DNA of 25,127 nucleotides from Octopus sinensis (GCF_006345805.1 NW_021836121.1:1-25127), one strand, 5' to 3'; positions 11,313-20,890 are shown, numbered from the stretch's first letter. Notes: generated from the sequence alone by a model not told the origin. Numbers and translations: made by a program.

Positions 11313-11637
11313 TGGGGGCGCAATAGCCCAGTGGTTAGGGCAGCGGGCTCGTGGTCGGAGAATCGCGGTTTCGATTCCCAGACTGGGCATTGTGCGAAAA
11401 CGCCTAAAGCTCCACGAGGCTCCGGCAGGGGGTGGGTGGCGACCCCAGCAGTACTCTTTCGCCCCAACTTTCTCTCACTCTTTCTTCCTGTTTCTTGAGT
11501 AACGCTCTTCCTGTTTCTTGTGTCCCCCCCCCCAGCTGGACTGGCGTCCCGTCCAGCTGGGGGGAACACATACACTATAGAAACCAGGAAACCGGGCCCA
11601 TGAGCCTGGCTAGGTTTGAAAAGGGCGCATAAATAAA
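11313..11637 (+). mobile_element. tRNA-derived SINE (same head as 10331, different 3' half) with TSD
   Basis: 14-bp TSD ACTGGTAGACTCAG at 11299-11312 and 11638-11651; A/B boxes; TGGACTGGCGTCCCGTCCAG resembles the V-SINE central domain. Confidence 0.92.
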
Positions 11638-12098
11638 ACTGGTAGACTCAGCAAAAATGTATTCTATCCATTGCGAGATAAATATCAATTTAATACGCAA
11701 CCGAAAGAGCTACGAATAGCTTCAGGCTTTTAAGATACTTTAACTAGGCATATTTATAAAAACACGCCATGTATCTGTAAGCTATTTTTCAGGATCTTTT
11801 TATGTGTTATATATGTTTTAAAAACAAGGATGGCGGATAGTGAGAAAATAAGAAGAAAAAAAAAACGAAAAGAAAACCGCGAAGAAAGTCGGTGCAAAAA
11901 TCAAAACGAGAAGGAAGACACAAAAGCAACAAAACTAAGATCTTGATCCTCTCTGGTTGCAGAAAGCACAATTAATGCAGCTGATATAGAAGAAAATAAC
12001 AAATAAAAATGTCAAAGTCTGCGAGACAGCAACTCGGTTTGGAGCGAGCGATGTCCTCCATTTTTATTAAAACAATATGTGTATATATATATTTATAT

Positions 12099-12250
12099 AC
12101 CGGAGTAAGCATATAAATGTGAAACAAGGTGGAAAAAAAGAGTACTCAAATACCTGAGGTAGAGTAATATGCTTTATTTAAAAGCAGCAGAAATATAACA
12201 AAAGCTGTTACTCGGAGTTTCATGTTCCCGTTCGTCGGACAGTTTTGTTA
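12099..12250 (-). mobile_element. Probable PLE pLTR fragment in (TA)n; related partial copies at 16428-16506 and 16567-16671
   Basis: ATAAATGTGAAAC...AGTACTC.AATA...GAGGTAGAGTAATATGCTTTATT occurs three times in the window; this copy ends in a hammerhead motif. Confidence 0.65.
12196..12250 (-). ncRNA. Minimal type I hammerhead ribozyme motif, U4C core variant
   Basis: Minus strand TAACAAAACTGT-CCGACGA-A(CGGGAACA)T-GAAA-CTC(C)GAG-TA-ACAG(C)TTTTGTTA: 12-bp stem I with one bulge, 1-bp stem II, palindromic stem III, GUA site. Confidence 0.7.
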
Positions 12251-12278
12251 AATATATTGCAGTGCTTTTAAATAAAGT

Positions 12279-12290
12279 ATATATATAATA

Positions 12291-12327
<37 letters not shown>

Positions 12328-12383
12328 ATATTATATATATATAATATATATATATTATATATATATATATATATATGTCTATG

Positions 12384-12438
<55 letters not shown>

Positions 12439-12525
12439 CATATATTATACATATCTATATAAATACCTATATATATATATATATACATATATATTATACA
12501 TATATATATATATATATATATATCT

Positions 12526-12590
<65 letters not shown>
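12279..12590. repeat. Long imperfect (TA)n
   Basis: Direct reading. Confidence 0.95.
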
Positions 12591-12592
<2 letters not shown>

Positions 12593-12734
12593 TGATGTAT
12601 TTTACCTGTTAACAATTAACACGGATAAATGAATGAATAGTTACCAGGGCAGCAAAAATCTCACAAGTAAAGATGTTGTAACTCCTTGTTTATAAGGTTG
12701 AAACTGATTCGTGTTTACGTTGAATATTTGAATA

Positions 12735-12854
12735 ATATGAATAAAAAATGGAGTTAACGCAGGTTTAAACAAGTATTTTTACTTTCTACATATGTTTCAA
12801 ACATATGTAGAAAGTAAAAATACTTGTTTAAACCTGCGTTAACTCCATTTTTTA

Positions 12855-12861
<7 letters not shown>
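12735..12861. repeat. Perfect palindrome, 63-bp arms, 1-nt centre (12798)
   Basis: 12735-12797 is the exact reverse complement of 12799-12861; lies at the end of a probable pLTR fragment (12591-12798) between (TA)n tracts. Confidence 0.95.
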
Positions 12862-12890
<29 letters not shown>

Positions 12891-12893
<3 letters not shown>

Positions 12894-14022
12894 ATAAAAC
12901 GGTAAGATAACAAAAGAAAGAAAGAGACCTCAATATTATGTAAATAGAGGAATTTATCTATACAATATGTTACATTACTCGGTAGTCAAGATAAAACTCT
13001 GAGTTTCAGATGCCGAAGTGGAAATCCACACACCATCTCTTCGGTTATCTGGCTATTTGAAAACGTTATGAAAAAATACCGTTAAAAATGAAGGGAAATT
13101 ACTCTGTTATAACTCTGCTTTACCTGCGTACTTATACATCGCTCGCATTTTTCGTCATAAAAATTATATAAAAATACATAAAAATATATAAAAATATAAA
13201 AATATATAAATCTTCTTGGGACATAACACAGAAAGCATGTTCTATCCGTTTTCTTTAGGGGACCAAAAACGTAACAGAAATTTAGTCACATGTGGGCATG
13301 ATCCGAAAAGCTCTGTCCTTGTATTTAGACATGTGGTAGGGTCTAAGCTGCTTTTCCAGATAAGCCATCTCTCCATGTCGCATAAACCGCACCTTCCGCT
13401 GCCGTTAGTGTAGGGCTTACATCTGGCCAAAATCTTCCATTGTATGTTATAATCGACACCTTTATCTCTTAAAGACCAAATATTTGGATAATTGTGTCGC
13501 TTTTCTTTTGTTCCAGTGCCTAAAGCTCAAAGTGTGGTTATTGAACCTGGCCTTGAAATTACTCTCTGTCAGGCCCACGTATTTCTCTCGTCGAAACGGT
13601 GTCTTTAGTGGTTATAGAGTTTACGGTAGCTTCATATATGATGGTCTTGGACATGCAAGCTCCATTTAGCGGGCACAATTCTTTATTCCTGCATGAACAG
13701 CCTGTTTTCTTCTTGTGTTTTTTGTATGTTATGATTGATTATGTTTTTAAAATTGGTAGTTGAACTAAAACTAATTTTTAAATTGTGTCTATTGAAGAGT
13801 TTCCTATAAGCATGGTTAACTGGAAAATGTCTATCTATCAGTGCTAGGAAATATTTACCTATATTGAAGGCCACCTCGGGTGAGTAAGGGGGCAACGCTA
13901 TTGAAGATGTCCTCATTAGATGAGAGGCTAGAAATCCTCTTACTAATATTTTAAACTAAATTTTTGAATACTATAGGGGGATGGCATGAACCTACATTAA
14001 TATAACTTAGTCTATCATTGGG
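12891..14022 (-). mobile_element. Penelope-like element, inverted 3' copy (RT thumb/linker, GIY-YIG endonuclease, 3' repeat)
   Basis: 12955-14022 is a near-identical reverse complement of 14301-15481 except for a 121-bp deletion; encodes ...ARCKPYTNGSGRCGLCDMERWLIW...LNTRTELFGSCPH. Confidence 0.93.
12989..13050 (-). ncRNA. Type I hammerhead ribozyme motif, U4C core variant, in the PLE 3' repeat
   Basis: Minus strand AGATAA-CCGAAGA-GATG..GTGGA(TT)TCCAC..CATC-T-GAAA-CTC(A)GAG-TT-TTATCT; 6-bp stem I, GUU site; one extra base before GAAA. Confidence 0.65.
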
Positions 14023-15481
14023 TTCATATGATGGGGCAGGCATCTGTGATCTAATTGGACTCTTTCTCCTAGATACCTTCGGTAAGACATTCCCTAACGT
14101 ACATTTCGCCATCTACAAGAGAGATGCCCTCGCCTTAACAGCTAATACAAATGACCAGCACAAGATCGTTTTAGGAAGGATATATCCAGTTAATGAAACA
14201 CTTCGGACTTAGTATAACTATAGACACTAACCTGACGGTTGTCAATTTTCTTAGACGTTTCCTTAGATCTTAATAATAATATTTTAAGCCTTATAGGAAG
14301 CCCAATGATAGACTAAGTTATATTAATGTAGGTTCATGCCATCCCCCTATAGTATTCAAAAATTTATTAAAAATATTAGTAAGAGGATTTCTAGCCTCTC
14401 ATCTAATGAGGACATCTTCAATAGCGTTGCCCCAGTTTATAATAAAGCTTTAAAAGATAGTGGTTTTAGCGAAAAATAAATTATACACCTATCACCAGCC
14501 CAACAGTAAGGAAAAGGAATAATGAAATAGGAAGGTCATCTGGTTTTACGCCCCCTTACTCACCCGAGGTGGCCTTCAATATAGGTAAATATTTCCTAGC
14601 ACTGATAGATAGACATTTTCCAGTTAACCATGCTTATAGGAAACTCTTCAATAGACACAATTTAAAAATTAGTTTAGTTCAATACCAATTTTAAAAACAT
14701 AATCAATCATAACATACAAAAAACACAAGAAGAAAACAGCTGTTCATGCAGGAATAAAGAATTGTGCCCGCTAAATGGAGCTTGCATGTCCAAGACCATC
14801 ATATATGAAGCTACCGTAAACTCTATAACCACTAAAGACACCGTTTCGACGAAGAAATACGTGGGCCTGACAGAGAGTAATTTCAAGGCCAGGTTCAATA
14901 ACCACACTTTGAGCTTTAGGCACTGGAACAAAGAAAGCGACACAATTATCCAATCATATTTGGTCTTTAAGAGATAAAGGTGTCGATTATAACATACAAT
15001 GGAAGATTTTGGCCAGATGTAAGCCCTACACTAACGGCAGCGGAAGGTGCGGTTTTATGCGACATGGCTTATCTGGAAAAGCAGCTTAGACCCTACCACA
15101 TGTCTAAATACAAGGACAGAGCTTTTCGGATCATGCCCACATGTGACTAAATTTCTGTTACGTTTTTGGTCCCCTAAAGAAAACGGATAGAACATGCTTT
15201 CTGTGTTATGTCCCAAGAAGATTTTATATATTTTTATATATTTTTATATATTTTTTATGTATTTTTATATAATTTTTATGACGAAAAATGCGAGCGATGT
15301 ATAAGTACGCAGGCAAAGCAGAGTTATAACAGAGTAATTTCCCTTCATTTTTAACGGTATTTTTTCATAACGTTTTCAAATAGCCAGATAACCGAAGAGA
15401 TGTGTTGTGGATTTTCACTTCGGCATCTGAAACTCAGAGTTTTATCTTGACTACCGAGTAATGTAACATATTGTATAGATA
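14017..15481 (+). mobile_element. Penelope-like element, 5'-truncated forward copy (RT C-terminal half + GIY-YIG), frameshifted
   Basis: GSYDGAGICDLIGLFLL...IYKRDAL (degenerate YRDD), VVNFLDV, CSCRNKELCPLNGACMSKTIIYEATV...KYVGLTESNFKARFNNHTLSFRH (GIY-YIG), C-terminal C..C/C.H. Possibly Nematis-type (inference). Confidence 0.93.
15386..15447 (+). ncRNA. Type I hammerhead ribozyme motif, U4C core variant (mirror copy of 12989-13050)
   Basis: AGATAA-CCGAAGA-GATG...CATC-T-GAAA-CTC(A)GAG-TT-TTATCT. Confidence 0.65.
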
Positions 15482-15530
15482 TATATTATATATATATATA
15501 TATTATATATATATATATATATTATATATA

Positions 15531-15610
15531 TTATATTCCCTACTGTTATGTATATATATATATTATATATAATATATATATATATATATACATAACAGTA
15601 GGGAATATAA
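15531..15610. repeat. Perfect 20-bp inverted repeat enclosing (TA)n
   Basis: TTATATTCCCTACTGTTATG (15531-15550) and CATAACAGTAGGGAATATAA (15591-15610). Confidence 0.92.
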
Positions 15611-15681
15611 AATTCCAAACTACAGGGAAAATTCAATTTAGCAATTGTAAATCAAATTTCACAATATATAACATATATATA

Positions 15682-15938
15682 TAATTAAGAGAAATAACCT
15701 CTATTAAGTAATTCAACAGATAGTGAAAAATATTTTCAATATTAAAACATATAGAAAAAAAATTTTAATATATCATATTAAATATTATTCTAAAATCACT
15801 AAATTAAATAAACGCTCGTTGTCAATTTAATGATTATTTAATTTAGTGATTTTTAGAATAATTTTTTCTATGATTTAATATAGATAATATCTTTCACTAT
15901 CAATTGAATTACTTAATAGAGGTTATTTCTCATAATTA
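15682..15938. repeat. Imperfect AT-rich inverted repeat, arms ~130 and ~105 bp, 22-nt spacer
   Basis: GAGAAATAACCTCTATTAAGTAATTCAA...ATCACTAAATTAAATAA mirrored by TTATTTAATTTAGTGAT...TTGAATTACTTAATAGAGGTTATTTCTC. Confidence 0.88.
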
Positions 15939-16094
15939 CATACATACATACATACACACATACACACAAACACACACACACACCCACACACACACACACA
16001 ACACACACGCACACACACACACCACGCACACACACACACACACACACACACAACACACACACACACACCACACATATATATATATATATATATA

Positions 16095-16138
<44 letters not shown>

Positions 16139-16179
16139 TATGTATATACGCAACCTTTTCCAAGTATATATATATATAA

Positions 16180-16320
16180 GTAGAACAAAAGCGCAATAGA
16201 GGACAATAAAACATCCGAACAGATAGACGATACAAGGCGGACAGGAAAAAAGGACGTTTCATTCATTCGTGGCCTTCTTTCGTCAGTCAAGTTACCAGAT
16301 GTCCATACAGTTTCGGACAA
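16180..16320 (-). mobile_element. Probable PLE pLTR fragment between (TA)n tracts with hammerhead half-motifs
   Basis: Minus strand has CGAAACTGTA at the truncated end and CTGACGA...GAAACGTC, but no closing stem I. Confidence 0.4.
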
Positions 16321-16354
16321 CATATATACATACATATATAATATGTATATATAA

Positions 16355-16398
<44 letters not shown>

Positions 16399-16686
16399 AT
16401 CTATATATATATATATACCAGAAATATACCAGAATAAGCGCATAAATGTGAAACAAGTTGGGAAAAATAGTACTCGAATATCAGAGGTAGAGTAATATGC
16501 TTTATTCTCCTTCCTACTTGTGGAGAGTCGCTCAAATTTTCTAAACAAAAAAAGGGAGTAGGTTACACCAAAGTAAGTACATAAATGTGAAACGAGGATG
16601 AGGACAGTACTCGAATACCGGAGGTAGAGTAATATGCTTTATTATTAAAGCTGCAAAAGCATCATAGAAATATCAGGAAAATCTCT

Positions 16687-16745
<59 letters not shown>

Positions 16746-16759
16746 GTGGCTGTGTGAAT

Positions 16760-16885
16760 TCGTGAGGCTTAGTGGTTAAGGTGTTGGGTTCACGGTTGTT
16801 AGATCGTTGTTTCGATTGCTGGATTGGGTGGTGCGTAGAAAAAACATTTCGTTTCATGTTGCTCCAGTTCGCTCGGCAGTAAATA
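16760..16885 (+). mobile_element. Degenerate SINE family C head
   Basis: GGCTTAGTGGTTAAGG...TTTCGATT...TTTCATGTTGCTCCAGT similar to 7203-7310. Confidence 0.7.
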
Positions 16886-17305
16886 TGTAGGTATGTATGT
16901 TTGTACATACATACATACATACATACATACATACATACATACACTGCCTAAATACCAATCTTGAGAAATTATGCTTCTCAAAACCAGAAAGGAGAAAGCT
17001 GATTCGAAGACTACAGATCCAGTCCATCACTGCAACTGTAAAAATCTGTAAAATTTTCGAGAAGTTTATCATTTAAATATATATGAGCATGTCTTGATAT
17101 GCAACTATATGCGTCAGAATACATACATAAAACAAAACATACAAATTTACACATATACATATATACATAGATACATGCATACGTACGTACGTACATACAT
17201 ACATACATCCATACATACATACATCCATACATACATACATACATACATACATACATACATACATACATACATACATACATACATACATACATGCATACAT
17301 ACATA

Positions 17306-17619
17306 AGCCTCCAGCTTCTATATCCAGACCATGAATTCATATTCATACCAATAATAACTGGAGCACTAGGATTTGTTAGTAAAATGCTTAAAGGAGAATC
17401 TGGATAACCTGGGATTTTCCGAAAGAGAAATCGACCGGCTAATTCGTACATTACAAGTGCAATCTGTGAGTGGAACAGTGTAAGTATGTAAGACTTTTCT
17501 CAAGTTCCAAATGTGAATTTGTCTGTGTTAACTACATCCCAAAATGGAGCCTTGTCTCTTTGTTGGAAACCGGCTCCCTTCTCAGTGGAAGATTTCTAAT
17601 AATTAAAAAATAGAAGAGA
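17306..17619 (+). mobile_element. R4/Dong-like non-LTR retrotransposon 3' end 2
   Basis: LQLLYPDHEFIFIPIITGALGFVSK/CLKENLDNLGFSEREIDRLIRTLQVQSVSGTV*VCKTFLKFQM*; PI..GALG is typical of the RLE C-terminus; flanked by (CATA)n on both sides. Confidence 0.75.
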
Positions 17620-17726
17620 CATACTTACATACATACATGCAAAATTAACCTGTTGATGTTCTTGAAATTCCAATGAAACAGCTTGGATCTAGGTTAGAAA
17701 CCAGCTCTTTTTCCATTGGCAAGAAA

Positions 17727-18098
17727 TCTCTCTATATATATAAACGGCAGTTTGTCTGTGTGTGTTTCTGTGTGTCTGTTAGCTTGTACCCTCACCCTGA
17801 CCACGGCTTTCAACCGATTCTGATGAAACTTGACACACACATAGCCCAATGTCATAATTCAAAAAAAGAACGCGCGAAAATTTTGAAAAGTTCCCCCAGT
17901 TCTGAAAAAATCGATAAATTCGACATGGGGTCGACAATCAGAAACACAAACCACAGACTGTCTAGGGGACGCAACTCACCTTTTTAACTAAAAAAAAATT
18001 TACCATCATTTTTTTTCCATTTTTTGGCTATAACTCTCTAAAAATGCTTTATAGTTATTTCCCTTACAAATCCGAGCAACGCCGGGCCACACTGCTAG
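17727..18098 (+). mobile_element. Non-autonomous Helitron
   Basis: 5' TC, 3' CTAG, GC hairpin CCGAGCAACGCCGG (18072-18085) ~10 nt before the end, inserted between A17726 and T18099 with no TSD. Confidence 0.88.
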
Positions 18099-18730
18099 TC
18101 TTGAAATAAAATTGAATAATGACATACATACATACATACATACATAGGATGTCCATACGTCCTGGTGTTCTCGACATCTTCACGCTGAAATATACCGGAA
18201 TATCAACGTTATGGATCAAAGACTTAAATTCTAAGAAAGAAAAAAAACACTACTTTTAGTTGAAATCGGCAAGAAGCCCTAATTCTGCGGTGCACAAACT
18301 AAAATACAAACTAACAAATATACTCATGCTGGAGCTCAGACTAAACCAGAGGACCAGCAGTTGTGTAATAAGCATACGTAATAGCACAAATAGGTAGGTA
18401 GTGTAGTTTTAAAATATTTTGAATTATCACTCGAAGACATATACTCAAGATTCAGAAGATGTTATAAATTATGAAAAGTTTGTGATTTGAAGACGCTTTT
18501 TCTTATAAATAATGGATTAGCATCTAAGCTTGCTCTAGCCCTCAAACTACTTGAAGTTTAGAATGTAATTATAAGAGAGAAAAGAATTCACATTGCACTC
18601 AAGAAAAATTAGGTTATGAAAGTTCTTCAAATAACAAGCAACTACATACCCATGGTGCCTAAAATTTGGAAACTATGAGTCCCAAAAATGATGGTAAACG
18701 TGTATGTATATATATATATATATATATATA

Positions 18731-19121
18731 CAGGCGCAGGAGTGGCTGTGTGGTAAGTAGCTTGTTTACCAACCACATGGTTCCGGGTTCAGTCCCACTG
18801 CGTGGCACCTTGGGCAAGTGCCGACCAAAGCTTTGTGAGTGGATTTGGTAGACGTAAACTGAAAGAAGCCCGTCGTATATATGTATATATGTATGTGTGT
18901 GTGTTTGTATGTCTGTGTTTCTCCCCCTTAGCATTGCTTGACAACCGATGCTGGTGTGTTTATGTTCCCGTCACTTAGCGGTTCGGCAAAAGAGACCGAT
19001 AAAATAAGTACTGAGCTTACAAAGAATAAGTCCCGGGGTCGAGTTGCTCGATCAAAGGCGGTGCTCCAGCATGGCCGCAGTCAAATGACTGAAACAAGTA
19101 AAAGAGTAAAAGAGTAAAGAG
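18731..19121 (+). mobile_element. SINE family B, near full length, in (TA)n
   Basis: A-box TGGCTGTGTGG, B-box GGTTCAGTCCC, (GTAAAAGA)n tail; small internal deletion relative to the 8286 and 9959 copies. Confidence 0.92.
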
Positions 19122-19447
19122 AATATATAATATATATATATATATAATATATATATATACTACAACACACACACACACACACAGAGGGATCAGATAGAAT
19201 CAGATACTTGAAAAGGTATGCACCAGGTTGGGTAATCTTTGTGCTTCCGTCCTATGATTGGTGAGGGTCGAAATATCGGATCTGATATTTCGGTTGTGTA
19301 CACAGAGAAAAACCAACCCTCTCAGATTTTTTAGCGCCAAAAGGGCTGGACCAAATTATGCGTTATTTTGAATTGTTGGTATACTCTAGGGTGTCCGACA
19401 AGTCGTAAATTCCCTTGGTGTATCCATCGTATGTTATAATTCATTTG

Positions 19448-19486
<39 letters not shown>

Positions 19487-19690
19487 CTACAAGAATGTTT
19501 TTGAGAGTTGACTTCGTCGGAAGATGGCTTCCAAATTGTCTTCACGTTCCGACTGCATTCAGCAAACCAGTCATCTCTGACAAGCAGTGTTTTTGACAGG
19601 GTGTGTTCAAAGTGCCGTAACAGCCGTTTCGTTGGTTGGATCTGGAATAACAAAAGTTGGCAGGTCAGCTTATTAGAAGTATAGTAATGG

Positions 19691-20001
19691 CTAGCTATTT
19701 TGACCCGTGCTTCGCTCGGGTTTTATGTGGTGGTGTTGTTTTGTGCGTGTTGTCTCCTTTTTCCCCTTTCTTCTTTTGTTCGTCTTCTTTGCCTTTCCGA
19801 TATTGCTCACCATGGCAACCAAACGGTAGCCCCGAGCAGCGACTTGCAACCCTCCTCACACCATTGCCACCCCATTTTACCCCCCAGTGTAAATTTTGGC
19901 GCCAATCCGACCCCATCTACCGCCCCTTAAACTGTTCCCATTCCAAAATGAGACAAATAACCAAGAAATCAAACAACTTTTTCGCATTTCAGCTTTATAG
20001 A
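19691..20001 (-). mobile_element. Non-autonomous Helitron, diverged
   Basis: Minus strand starts A|TCTATAAAGCTG and ends CCCGAGCGAAGCACGGG hairpin + 9 nt + CTAG; base after CTAG is C rather than the canonical T. Confidence 0.7.
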
Positions 20002-20176
20002 TACTGATATACATAAATTACAATAATCTAGGGCCGTTATAACTTCCTCTCGCAAAAAAGAAAACCTCAAATCTTTTGAAACAAAGATATATAGTACATC
20101 TCATGTATAGAGTTATATGAAGGGCTGCTACAGCAAAGTTCCCAGTGAAACGTACGTAAGGAAGAAACGACACAAA

Positions 20177-20243
20177 CTCTCTCTCTCCCTCACACATATA
20201 TATGTGCGTATATATATGTATATATGTATGTATGTATGTATGT

Positions 20244-20289
<46 letters not shown>

Positions 20290-20362
20290 TGACTGACAGA
20301 CAGACAGGCAGGCAGACAGACTGGCGGACGGACGGACGGGCGGGCGGACGAACAGACAGACT

Positions 20363-20429
<67 letters not shown>

Positions 20430-20465
20430 GATAGATAAATTGATAGATAGATAGATAGATAGATA
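20177..20465. repeat. Compound (CT)/(TA)/(TATG)/(GATA)/(GACA)/(GACG) microsatellite
   Basis: Direct reading. Confidence 0.95.
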
Positions 20466-20649
20466 CAAAGTTGAACACAATAGCGGTAACACCACTTTTA
20501 ATTAACTAATTTTCTACTGGCAATATGACAAATTAAAAAAAACTGTTCCAGTCTGTAAATGTGTGTGTTTATATGACTTGTACTTCATGACATAGCCATC
20601 TGTTTTTCTTTTTTTTTTTTTTTGTAGATATTTATATTTAAATTAATTA

Positions 20650-20890
20650 AAATGCGTAACCTTTCGGATTCTGATTTCCAAAGAGGATGAATTGTTGTAA
20701 CGCAGATGCTGAAGCTTCAGTTACTAAAACTTGTGAATTGGTTAATGCTTCGAGTGGAACAGTCTCTAAAATCATGTTGGCATTCCAAAAACTAAAGCCC
20801 AAAACAAGCCAACGGAAACATAATTCAACGGAAAGAAAAGAGGGATCGCAGAATAGTGAAACGTATTGTGTCTGAAAACCTGAAAACCAT
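20650..20890 (+). pseudogene. Decayed Tc1-like transposase N-terminus (HTH region)
   Basis: SDFQRG*IV..AEASVTKTCELVNASSGTVSKIMLAFQK...KHNS...RDRRIVKRIVSEN pieced across frameshifts. Confidence 0.7.

Larger units (their letters stand above)
10262..12075 (-). pseudogene. Decayed 5' portion of a Penelope-like element (N-terminal ORF region and probable 5' UTR), split by two SINEs
   Basis: Minus strand: TPTNNIYLRMLLEEVEVFVRQMRLKVLFFD...LASFEADLLDLVTNIRFRK...LKSDIRNFRSSKNNFAFSDKTNNLY...RKANID|RFNDINTEAK; frame continues once the SINE and one TSD are removed; DKT equates to the PLE N-terminal DKG motif. Boundary beyond ~11770 uncertain. Confidence 0.7.
16943..18122 (+). mobile_element. R4/Dong-like (RLE-type) non-LTR retrotransposon 3' end 1, with nested insertions
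   Basis: CLNTNLEKLCFSKPERRKLIRRLQIQSITATVKICKIFEKFII* at 16945-17076; (CATA)n on both outer flanks; 3' tail 17638-17726 + 18099-18122 resembles the tail of element 2. Joining the two parts is inferred. Confidence 0.65.

Noticed and set aside
13038-13060. TCTTCGGTTATCTGGCTATTTGA resembles mature miR-9 (about 19/23); TCTTTGGTTATCT also at 24599-24611
   Set aside because: Seed mismatch in the first, no local pre-miRNA hairpin for either, and the first is the antisense of the PLE hammerhead stem I and core.
17820-17835. CTGATGA motifs (also near 2412, 22115, 22452)
   Set aside because: No stem II/GAAA/stem III arrangement; the 17820 copy lies inside a Helitron.
19269-19292. 24-bp near-palindrome CGAAATATCGGATCTGATATTTCG with GAAA, hammerhead-like
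   Set aside because: No intact CUGANGA-type core or closing stem I on either strand.
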